Positions 37,864-49,900 of a stretch of 64,000 nt of DNA are shown here, piece after piece; within the stretch, counting starts at the first letter, position 1, and every line of letters starts with the position of its first letter. A model generated the notes under the pieces. That model worked only from the letters and a program-made list of their open reading frames with translations. It did not search any database and was not told the origin of the DNA. This stretch comes from Balanoglossus misakiensis (Eukaryota > Animalia > Hemichordata): the NCBI GenBank assembly GCA_040954595.2, contig CM082578.2:13020520-13084519 (forward strand), written 5' to 3'. The translations under genes were made by a program, and so were the position numbers.

Positions 37864-39337
37864 TCCATCTTATCAATTAACTCATCCATCCACCCAACCA
37901 ACCATTTTACAAATTTAACTTGAAAAGATAAGAGTAAAAGAATGATCGTTACGTGAGGGCGCATATTCTGAAAAAAAGTGTATCCGATAGATATTGTATT
38001 CACGCGCAATCGCAGTTCACCCGGCATCTTGGAAACACCCAAGCTTAAAATTGACGTCACCGTGTCCTAAATATAACTTATTTGTTCACGATTTTCAAAT
38101 CCCCGGGAAATGCAGTTATAGTCCGCATGTTAAATTGTATCGGCAGCGCCTTTTGATTTGTAATATGGCTTCGAGGATAGTCAAAATCTGGATTTCTATT
38201 ACCTTTATGACAAATCTGGATATCAGATCGAAACGAGATTGGGAGGCATGGCCTGGTATTAATGAAATGAATGTAACAATTCTCTAAGGCCTGGCACAAT
38301 CTGGACGGTTGTCGGCAGATATTAGCAAAATTAACTCCAAAGACACTTAAACAGCCACCGGTACCGGTTCGCACAACGGTTATTTTGCCTTGCAGGGTTT
38401 TCAGCAGAAACATCACAACGTTTTATTTTTTTCCAACCAGATTTAGATAGGATATACATGTATCAACGAGTCCCCAGTGCTCCCTCACTGGCCAAGTTTG
38501 AGCAGGACGCCATTCCCGTTTCTCATAAAACAGCACAGTCTATCTTCGTGTACGTCACGGTTTACCTGTAGGCACTCACTTCATACTATTATCCGCTTAT
38601 ATCTGGCTAGTGGAAATCCATTATTTCCAAACATATTACCGCTTGTGTAATTTCCTACCTGAATCAACGGTGACCAAAAGCAACCATTATGCATTATTAA
38701 TTTTAATCGACGATGAAACCTTTTCACACGTCAAATGTGGTGGCGATCAATTTATTTTGATATCATCCACAAGGTCTCTCATGTAAATTAAGACTTTGGT
38801 TCAAAGATCTAGTAATCTATTATTTAAAATGTGAACAAAAAAGCAATATTCGGAAGGGAGCAGAAACGCATATGCCCGTCCTTTACACAAAAGGTTCTCT
38901 ATGCCGAGATCATTGAAAATGTCGAAAGAAATGAATCACGTCGAAGTTGCCCCGAAGTTGGCGGAATCAAATCGCGGATGTTCGGAGACAAAGGCTTTGG
39001 AGGACAACAAGAAAAGGCTCCTGTTCCCTCAAACCACTAGAGATCCATCCATATCATGACTAGGGCAGATTTATAGGAACTTTTCTTTATCTGTGCTATG
39101 TCCTGATGAGTCCTTACTACCTTGAAATAACGCCAAAGTTTTATACCCGGAATCAGTGCAGCACGTACAATGCGTCTCACGCGCAAGTTGCATTTACGTG
39201 TAGTCTGCGCTACAGCTAAAATTATAACACACCATGCAGCGAACCCTCGATCGTGATTCGTCAATACGACGTCACGTGACCTTAGTCATTTCGAACTGTT
39301 GCCTTTGGCATCAGTTCGATTGGTTTGGTGTGTTATA

Positions 39338-39527
39338 ATACACATGATGGCTGACATATTCGGGCAACAGTGTATTTTTAATGACCTCGGGACTGCCAGT
39401 CACACCAAAACAGTCTGTTTTCCCTCGGGCTATGCCCTCGGGAAAACAAGACTGTTTTAGTTGTGACTAGCAGCACCCTCGGTCATCAAAATACACTGTT
39501 GCCCTCATTGTCAGTCATCATGTGTAT
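39338..39527. mobile_element. ~190-bp palindromic (fold-back) MITE-like element
   Basis: Left arm ATACACATGATGGCTGACA..GGGCAACAGTGTATTTT..AAAACAGTCTGTTTTCCC mirrors right arm GGGAAAACAAGACTGTTTT..AAAATACACTGTTGCCC..TGTCAGTCATCATGTGTAT around a CCCTCGGGCTATGCCCTCGGG core. Confidence 0.8.
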
Positions 39528-39975
39528 AATGTACAAGAGCCCGGAAACTCTTGATGAGATTATAACCAAGGAAAATCCCTTTAAAGGAAATTCTTACTCT
39601 CTGCCACAATCTAATTTAGTCGAGGACCGTCGAATGGCTACTGATCTAGAGTGATGCCCTTGATGACCCTACGATTTTTTTGGAAATTCTGAGTATTGGA
39701 CATCCATGCACCAACAGCGTTTCAACGAACCTGAGAACAGTTAATGGCCTCACATTCGTTCAATAAGCACGTCTTTGGACAGAAATGGATATGTGTAGAT
39801 TTTGTCAAGAAAACCCCCCACAAACGTTTGATTGTGTTAATGATCTAGATTGTTTGTGGACATCAATAAATAATATTTCGCCATCAGTTAAAAACGGAAG
39901 GGTTTAAAGTGAAAATGGCGGACTCGGCTTCGAAGGGACATACAATAGACACGTATAGTCTTCTTATTCAACCAG

Positions 39976-40011
39976 AGTCAGTCAGTCAGTCAGTCAGTCA
40001 GGCAGTCAGTC
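39976..40011. repeat. (AGTC)n microsatellite
   Basis: About 9 units with one interruption. Confidence 0.9.
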
Positions 40012-41856
40012 GGAGACAGTAATGGTCAGCCATGGGTAGTCAAGGATTTTAAACTGTAAACGCCGTGGGTTTATTTGCAGAGTATCTAACAACATCACGA
40101 ACAAATCGTGACGCATTCTAAACATCTCTGTCGAGGCGCTATGTATTTTTCTCTCTTTCCTTCCGCAAACAACGACCGTGCAATGACGGAAAGGGAAAGG
40201 GGTTTCCTAGAAATGCAACGATGACGCGTGATGTCTGTTATGTGTTTTCTTCTATCATCGATGCCGACGCTTCGGGACACATCACTATGAATCAGTTACC
40301 AACTACATGCGAAGTGGGTTATTTTTGCATTTCTGTATAAGATGAAGAATATCGTTTTAATACTGAATGCAGTCGTGTTTCTTCCATGGACGTTAATGAC
40401 ATGCACACAATACGATAATTGATAGCATCGTTCGAAAACTCGGCGGCCGTCGGGCTGAAAGACCACAAATGATTTGGAGATCACCGTATATGCCGCCAAA
40501 GACCGCATGCCTTTTAATGATTAAACACATCGTACATCCACCGAGCTTACTGAAGTTGAAATGACGCCCTCAGGGTTGGTTACGCTTATTATCGAAATAG
40601 CATAACGAGTGAGTATTGTTTAGCGGGGAACTTCATCATTAATGGATGAAACCAGATTTGGGGATTTGCCGTGTAACTAATTTTTCTTGTCATATGACGG
40701 TTCTGTCTCATGAGATAATACAGTATACCTCTAAATGTGACAGCCAGAGTTGTCGATCGACTATCAAGATGCCGGCGAACGGGACTATAATATTCCATAG
40801 TCTGTTTCAGGTGTGAACCATGCTATCAAAGCCGACTTGAATAGTGCAGATTAGGAGGTGGGATGGGAATTATATTTATGGGGAAGCATGTACATGTAAT
40901 ATCTATATGTGAATCTCCATCTTCCCATTTCGTTCAACTTGGACGACGATTGTTCCACACGAAAAGGACCTGTACTCTTGCTATTCGGTTCACCTGTTTC
41001 AACATCTCGCCACTGGAAAGGAAACAAAACGCGACCTAACTGAACTAAAACTGTTGCTCAGTGGCCATCTGATACACTTCGTGCTGTTAACGCGACTCGC
41101 GATCGATCATGTGTCACCGATTCTTCATTGCATGCTCCACAGCCGGCATGTTGTCGCACACTTCGGTTCTTTAGTCTTTATTCATACATGCCACAGTTTT
41201 TCGATGGTGCAAAATCAACAAGTCAAAAACAGTTTCACTGGACACGATCAAAATATGCAGACATTCTACCATCGGGGAGTAAATTTCATTCTTAGTAGAT
41301 GATGACAATAGTGAACAGTAATTGCTTGGACATTTTGGGTACGTTACTTTTTTTCTTCGTGGGCAGAACATCGCACCACACCCACACCACGTCACACCAC
41401 GTGTACACCGCAGTTGCAAGGGCGCCCTCGAATATTGTTCCTCGCGTCATAGCTATAGGCGGTCGTTCAAACCTTAGAGCAGGGTTTCATTACATATTGA
41501 AAGTTTGAAACAGGGCCAAAGTGAAAATACAGGGGCCAACAACCAGATGGGTGAAAAGCGGGGCGAGCAGAATAGATGTAAGTGATGACACAACTTTTTT
41601 AATGGTTACACATTATTTATTCGAACATCGTCTTCTTGTATATCAGCCGAACGCGATAATAACACCCTGTTTTTTTGCACAAAGTCGTAGTAAAAGAACA
41701 GTAAATGCACCTAGCTGTTTTCAGCGTTTGTGTCTGTATCAAATGCAGTTTTTTCTACCGTCTTCAGCATGATAGACTAACCCGGTATTCTGCTTATCAA
41801 CAAATCCTGTATACGTGTTACAATATAAAGGACCATACCGTTCCGTTGACACATAC

Positions 41857-41924
41857 TGACGCTGGTAGCCGGGGGGGGGGGGGTCATTTGAATTTATGAC
41901 GCTGCAAAGGGGGGGGGGGGTCAT
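41857..41924. repeat. Direct repeat TGACGCTG-N4/6-G12/13-TCAT, two copies
   Basis: Two copies ~40 bp apart, each with a long poly-G run followed by TCAT. Confidence 0.75.
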
Positions 41925-43047
41925 GTTTTTCCCGTCACTGCTGCCAAGTGAATTTCAGAGCAGACTCCAATTTTTAACAGTAACAGATGAGGACGGAAAC
42001 CCCGTGGACTGTGCCGATAAATACGCCTCAGGGATTTCAACAATTAACTGCAGTGTGAACACAAAACAAAAGTACCGAAGAAATGGCCGAAGGTTACAGC
42101 TGATGGACTTTAATCAAATTCAAAGTCACTGATGTCTTGATCTGACACTGCTTGAGGTCCCAGAATATTTATTACTCCATATATCTCGCTGACAAATCTG
42201 TTCTCACTCTGTGATCGATAAACAGACACTGTTATCTGTCTACCCCGGCTCCCACGTGTTTGAGCAAGAGCCTGTGCAGTGGTTCAACACAATTGATAAG
42301 GTTTGTGTGGACTGATAAAACCGCGACACCGTGAATTTTGCCCTGCTCTCGGAAACCCGGATCGCTCGTATACCTCCACGCCCCCCCCCCCCTCACCCCC
42401 GACAAAGTCAACACAAGGCTGGTTGATTCTGTTCGCTAGTGACGTCATAATTGCCCACGTGCACACATCTGTTGAGCAACATGGCATCAAGTCATACGTG
42501 TAATGACTCTCAAGTGGTGAACAGGCGGGAACCGCAAGCAGAGCAAAAACTGAAACTGTTATTTTTTTCAACGAACCATCTACAGTCAAGAAAATATGTT
42601 CGATAACAAGCTACCATCAGCATGATCCCCATGATGTTAGGACCTTTACTTCAACGTTTATACGATGCGAAATGATCCGAAAAATAAGTAAAATACCAAA
42701 ATGCCAGGGGAAATCGCATTACGTGCTCGGCAAGCTTCTCTTAGCTGACAAGAGATATAAAGCCTATAGACATGTAGGCGTTTAATTTGTGTAATTTTGC
42801 ATTACTGTAGTGACAAGTGCGATGTAATTCATTTTTCATTTTCTTGTGCTAGTTGTCAAATCTACGTCAGATTTTAATAGCGGGTGATTGTGCAGGGGCA
42901 TGTGTTTTTAACCAAGTCGATCATTATGTTTCAGTTCTGTAGGCAATGAATTAACAAACTATGCATGGAGATTATCGTATACAATATGTGATACATTTAT
43001 TCCAGTCACATGGCTGCTATGCCTGAACGGTACTACGAGTCACCGGA

Positions 43048-43113
43048 CTGCACTGTCCTGTCCCGCACTGTCCTGTCCCGCACTGTCCTGTCCTGCCCTG
43101 CACTGTACTGTAC
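43048..43113. repeat. 15-bp minisatellite (GCACTGTCCTGTCCC) x3 with degenerate tail
   Basis: Directly visible tandem units. Confidence 0.85.
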
Positions 43114-46100
43114 GGCCACACCGCATCGCACACTACCTACTTGTTTAACCGAGTCGCCAGATGAAACCACACCACCTGTTCTTTTGATCGATGCTGGTAA
43201 CCGAAATATAAGTTGAAAGAAAAACAAGTGTGATAAAATCTAGATGAACATAGCGCGAACGGTGACGACCTTTGACAATTCACAACAGCCATGTCGACTA
43301 TACTAATACATAGCCCACACCCGTTCTTCGGATATATGTTTTGGATTAATTAAAAACATACTGCCTTTGAAACTTCGCTATTTTAATCCAAGGTGACTTT
43401 GACTTCAGGGTCGATGAAATTCAGTAAAATACAAACAGGCGCATCTGTTGACCATGTCAGTGGACATCGACCGTGCTGAAGTGACACGCGCAAACTTGAG
43501 ATGAACGCTGACCTAAATCCAAAGAATTCGACGGAATCTGCGATATGGGCGAATACCCAACATATTCCAACGGCATTCGTGACGGATTTCAACAGCATCC
43601 GGCGAAAAATCCAGTGATGAATTGCACTACATGTAGAACCCTTTGGGAACACATCAGGGATTCATTTGTCATTTGTATGCCTCCCGTTGACACCGCACTT
43701 GTCTTATCTTTGGATATGAAAATGAAAGCTCATACATAGTACAAGAACCGCCAGTTACACACTCAATGTATACTCTCACACAAAAAACTTACAGTGTGCA
43801 GGAGTCCCCTAAAATCTGGACAACCCCTGATTATACCCACTTCAGCTGACAATTATATTTGAGTACATTCTATTCTATTTTATAGAAGAAAAAAAACGAC
43901 GCATTAGTAAACATTTGCCACATTGTTGAATACGTGGTAATTGTCTTTAACTGTATGTATATACCTTATTTAAGGCCACTCACACTATCATATATGCACC
44001 TCCATTGTCTGTAGACAAGGACTGTTTTGCACGTAGCAAATGATTTTATCATTAGCACAGTATCAAACCACGACCGCCCATACCCTTGGAAGCAACATTT
44101 AAACACACCCTGAAACCTCAATACAAATTATGAACATTTTGTATTCCGATTGGTCCATCTTTGCGACTGCAAGTTTTGATATATTATATGAATCGACAGC
44201 ACAAAACAGACGGCAATATTCACGAGCCTTATCTTTATTACACGGTAGATAGTTAGCTAGATAGCCCGCGTTTTTTTTTATCTCCGCGACCGAATTAGTT
44301 CCTGGCTTAAGGGCTGTTCCGTGAGTTCCGTGTAACGAACGACACGTCTGTTTATCGAATCTATTCTGTAAAGTTTGCGCTCCTTTCATCCTCAATATTC
44401 CGATATGTAAACTAAAACCGAAGACATTGACGTCATGTTTATCAGTTGGCAGAGCTGACCTTCATCTTTTGTGACAACGCTGAAGAAAACGACGCAGTAG
44501 ATTCTTTAAAAAGCGGAACTTCTTGGAATCGTTTAAAGTGAGTTCACATGAACCGCACTTTACATTATATTTGTGGAGCCACTCAGGAACGCCTGTATAT
44601 GCTCGCGCAGTTAAATATATGATTTTTCAAGATCACGTTTCTAATTGTGCGTAATGCCACATTTACGTGGATTCTTATGTGCGTCGATTGGAAGGCAGTG
44701 AGTTGCTTTATACACAGCTTCAGGGTTTATTCTTTCCAGAAGGTTGGCCCAACATCGCCGACAAATGGTAATTTACCCAACACACGGCGGTACCATTAAA
44801 AGTACTATATAGTAGCTTTCAATGAAAGGTCACAACGTACGATGTTTTTCTTCGTTAATCTCGGCCAAACATCGACCGGTTTGGATTTAAATTCGACGTT
44901 CATTTATTAATAGCTGACGAATAATTTCGCGGGGAACTATCTCAATGCTTACATTTGCATGCATGTGACGGCTTGACTAAGATGTCGCTGTGGTTTATTT
45001 ACGCACGATAACCCGAACCTATATGGTTATAGCGCTGAAAGCCAAATGAGGTCATATTAGATCACTATTTTGTAACACGGCCACCTATGCAAATTTAGCT
45101 ATAGTTACCATGGTAAATTGAGATCTAGCCAATCACAGATTTTCAGTTGGTGGTGCACGCGAAAAAAGAGCGCCACCATATGTTCTTTAGAACGTTCAAA
45201 TACTCCATTTCACCCATATATGGGCGTATGTAAATTGGAGGTGACTGTATACCTTTAATATAGGCCTTGTCTGTGATCGCGGTTGAAACGATCTCTGTTA
45301 GAGAACACGGTTAATGGATCCACTTGTTTCCGAGGGTTGCGCATTGTAACCTTTTTGCAAGATACTTTAGGTCAATATTAAGTACCTGGCCAATAAAAAT
45401 GCCGGCGGGTATGACTAATGTATAACTTATCACTAGAGTATTGAACATAAAGTGTTCAGCCTTCAGGAGAAGTCCACCTATCCGCGCGTATAATGTAATT
45501 CTCATGAAATTACTTTATTTATTTTTCAAAACTCAAAAGTTTGGAGCTTCACAGCCAGAATAAATGCGGTGTGTGTTAGAAAGAACATCGTGCCTATTCT
45601 ATATCATGTAAGCTTGGATTGATGACATTGTGTATTAAACAAAAAGAATCAGATTATCTGGTTAATACGACCATCAGTTGTGCCGGATGAGAGTTACACT
45701 TCTGCACATAACTTTGCCTAAATCCGTCCTTCTAAGATGTTAACGAAATGACACTTACTACACATATTGATGATACAGACATTTTGCAGTCACAATCATT
45801 TATAACTTGAGGCTGAACTGGGCAAAATCGAAGAGTACAAATATGGTATAGACACAATTAGAACTGTTTTCAAAGGTCAGCTTGCTGTTTAAGGCATTTC
45901 CAAGAAGAGAGATACACGATTTATTTCAATGATTGGTAGCGGGCTTTTGCGAAGTGATGTTTACCGCGAGTGTTGTAGTACAATGAGTAGAGAGGGGAAA
46001 GCACTTCTGATGAGAGTTAGCAGATGTTTGTCGTGACTTCCTTGAATGGATAGACAATCGTGACAAGTGAAGGCCTGGTCCCATTGAATGCCGCGTTACT

Positions 46101-46919
46101 TTAGATGAGTTAAAATCCTTTCTTCTTTGATGATCAATGCAAGGAAATGAAAAGGCCGGCACTGTGGCACGCAACAAGAATACAAATTAAAGAAGATATT
46201 TTTGTTACCATTTCTTGATAAGCAATAAGACATGTACTTCACGACCGCGGAAAACACATTGCATGTCCCAAAGAATCCGAGAGCTACCTTAAAAGCCTTT
46301 CCGCGAGTCCAAAGGCTATTTAGAGATGACGCACAATTCTTGGAAAGAGACATTAACTGTTGCCCGCATATGGGCATAAGAGAAGGTAACTGGTCCATAG
46401 TTGTTTGAGATTGCGATCCCCAAAGCAACATGGGATTTTTTTTTATAAAAACGCGTATTCAACTCGCTCGTGTTCTAATAAGCGTGTATAAAATGATTGA
46501 GATTGGCTTCAGGGGAGAATAGGAAACTTTTCACTCTCATCGCATGCATTTGATGATAGTAATTTTGTTTTCCATTGTGCGTGTAAGCTGATGGATTGGC
46601 CCTGATGCGGTTCTACTTGCTGGAGTGCAGTAGCCTTATGCGCGCACCCTGCCACGTGCCAAACACCACATACCTGGTATACTAGTCTAATGGACAGGAT
46701 TGCTAGTGATGTTCTATATTCATGAGATATGAGGACAGGGAAAGCAGGTATCTATTGATAATCTCCCGTTGTAATCAGTCGGTCGTCATTTCAGATCAAA
46801 CAATCTTTTTATTGTTATCAAAAAGTTGATAAAATATGACTGTTGTTGGTAATTATAAGGATTCTACTTTACAAAAATAACCAATTGCTCTTCAGACTGG
46901 CATACGATGGCACCTGCGT

Positions 46920-46998
46920 TGTGGGATAGAACTGGAGGGGCTTTTGGAGGGGTACTTGCGGAAGTACCCCTCCAAAACCCCTCCAATTCTATCCCACA
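46920..46998. repeat. Near-perfect inverted repeat (~37-bp arms, 4-nt loop)
   Basis: TGTGGGATAGAACTGGAGGGGCTTTTGGAGGGGTACTT-gcgg-AAGTACCCCTCCAAAACCCCTCCAATTCTATCCCACA, with one mismatch and one bulge. Confidence 0.9.
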
Positions 46999-49900
46999 CA
47001 GCACCTTGTTTCCAAGATGGCGGTTAAGACAAACCTCCCCTATACGTTCGTACGCATTAAACCAATTTGGGGCCGTAGATAAACAAACAACGCTTATGTT
47101 ATCATGATAATTTGTATTGACCCCAACCCCTTTGGGAGTGCGAACACAATACGAAAAGCTTGTTGCTTTTTCCCCTTTCCAATACCAGCAACACCTCCAG
47201 AGAGATATATTCGATCATCCCACTACTACTAAAATAGTACAAAGCAAATTGAAACCGCGTCTTCATTTTAAGTTGCCATATATAGTGACTCGAAATTATG
47301 AAAAAATTATTTCACGGGTAGTCACGTGGTAGCAATATCAGCCCAATGCATATGTGTACAACTCGGGGCACATACCGGTTAATCAATAAACCAACTCCAC
47401 TTTAATTTAAAAAACACGAAAATAGGCCAATTCGCATCTCTCAAATGACAATATTTAAAATTTTTAATAGACCAATATCTTAACCGCGCAATTTAACGAA
47501 GAGTCCATAATGTAAGAATATAACTGCTGCAGTCGGGATGTTTGACTTTTCAACTGAGGAGATCAACGTGCAAAACTCAAAACACCGTGAAACCAAACAG
47601 TCATCTACAAAACGTGTGTGTGTTGTACAAACAAGCAAACGCAACATATAAGCTGTTGTCCAGGTTGCATGATTGCGTGGTGCAGTATGCAACTTAGCAG
47701 GTGCATGTACGCCTAATGGCCGGTCAAAACCAATGTGCCTGAAACGTTTCATGGCGCCAGTGTTTGTCTTCTTTAACAGGTCAGAGGCCGACGACGACGA
47801 CGATGTCAGAACGCGAAAAGTTAAGAGTAAGCCTTCTGGGCGCTCTTTATTTGTCGACGGCAGTCTGTTGGAGATCTCATATCTCAGCAACTTTACGAGA
47901 ACCTACATGTACACCGCCATAACCGGCTATTCATTTCATTCGCAGTGCCGGCTTTTTGTTTCACTTCACCTACTGTGCTCGCCGGCAGCATTCGCATTAA
48001 GGATTTTGCAGCTCGTTGTAAAAGTTTCAGTTTATCTAAAATCACTGCGTCACGTTTCCTTAGCACTTCCTTTAAAATATCGACTTTGACCTTATACAAT
48101 CTTGATTCAGACAAACGTTGAAGGAGAGATGATTAAAGGCGTTCACATGTAGATGCACTCATCCAAGTTTTCAATTTGCCTTGATTGAGTGATTTCAACG
48201 CTGCAGGTAGCGACCATTTCCCGGGAAAGTTTCGAAATATCAGAGTGCCTCTTTCGTGTCATTACGGTCACGTGTCCGCTGCTCACCAAAGGGGGGGGGG
48301 GCAACCAATTCATTTTATTTTCTATTTTCCCGGAAATTTGCCGCTTCATGTCGGCTGCTTGATTCAGATATTAAAACATCGACCTTGGGCACCAGAAAGC
48401 AATAGGTATACATCGTCTTCGTGTATACGACATCGAAATACTCTCTCACGAACTCAACGTTAATGAACTGCGCGTGTATTCTTCGAACTAAAAGAGTTTG
48501 AAAGGCTATCTTACAAAACATGTCCGCCGGAGGGGTCTATCTCAATCAGTAAGCTCTCTCCCTACTGGGGCAGAGAGTCGTGTACAGTCAGATAATTTGC
48601 TTCGAGGGGAGTTTATTTTGTATACCACAGCCGAAGCAGCCGCGTATGCATATACGTTTACTTGATTACTGCTCTAGATCACTGCCCTAAGATTTACCAA
48701 TCGAACGACTACAAACAAGGCTGAGCCCGGCACTGGTAATCCATGGTTTCTACTAATGACTAGTTCGCCATCAACAATCCTAACTGTAAGCTAATTAACT
48801 TAACAACTCGTAATAACCCATGCTCTTTACTGTTTAAAGGGGTGTTCAGTCTAGCCTGGCAGCATTTACATAATTGCTATAGCTTTGGGTTCGGTTATTC
48901 GGGGAAAGCCATTTTAGACATGCATGATTCGCAATGCTTTATGGTTCGTTGGTTTTAAAACGTCGCAAAAGTTCACTCCGCACTGGTTGCCGGGAAACCG
49001 GCTGTGACATGCTGAAAACGATGCGGCTTTTATTTTAAAGTTATACGTAGAATCTAGATTGCATTGTGATGTTCATAGCCCGTCTGACCTCGTCGAAAAA
49101 AAACACATTCTAAGATAGTACTTATACTATGGAATACCATGCTGAGATTAAACCGGATCACTGAACGCTCTATTTACTAAGGTCGAACACCAATTGACAA
49201 CGAGGGCACCCTGGAGAAATAGAGAAGCGGCGAAGGTAGTTTGATCAGTACATAATCGGCCACGCACTCCACAAATTGCGATGAAATAGGTACAGAGCGC
49301 TGAATAAAGCATTAGAGTAATAGAGATGGTAGGATAATGATGTAGACGTACATGCGTGTTTAATCCCTCACTTATTTCTGAAATATAGAAAAGTGGATGA
49401 GATATTAATGACGTCATATACAGGATATTCACATTTACGGTGGTGTGCGTGTAATGTTATGAAGAGTGATAGAGACGACAAGCATATGGTTGAAAATAGC
49501 ATGTCGCCGTTTTCCTGCAAATACTTGTGTTCACAAGTAAATGTCCACACACTAATAATACAAGCATGTCCTCCATCGATATACGAAATATTGCACTGAA
49601 TGTACACGTCACCCTATAAACTAAAACCCATTATCAACTGTTCTGTTCAAGAGACATTATGGATTCTGGTGCACGTCAATATTTATCGGAGAAATTGCTG
49701 TTAAAAAGCAACATCAATCTTCAGAGACAGGTCGCTTTAATCTGTTAATTAGAATACACATTCTGTGGCACTTTGAATGGACCGCGAAAGAGCAATTACA
49801 TCGACTGTAAAATACATGGCGTTATCAAGAAAGCAGTCTGTATATCTATACTGCCGCGTTCGTAATGTTAGCCCCGTACTTTCTTGCGATAAAACAGTGC

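Noticed and set aside
39912-39921. YY1-like AAAATGGCGG as the promoter of a hidden gene
   Set aside because: No downstream ORF or splice donor supports a gene.
41896-42132. ORF with protein-like stretch VTDEDGNPVDCADKYASG
   Set aside because: An acceptor is possible, but the donor is weak, there are no partner exons and I recognise no family.
43383-43652. Minus-strand ORF loosely resembling a GPCR TM3-TM4 fragment
   Set aside because: No DRY/ERY motif and no flanking TM segments; the similarity is at chance level.
45926-46431. SCCVPQC plus nearby FSFP/RR suggesting a THAP domain remnant
   Set aside because: The motifs are in different frames, the spacing is wrong, and the conserved W and CxxHF are missing.
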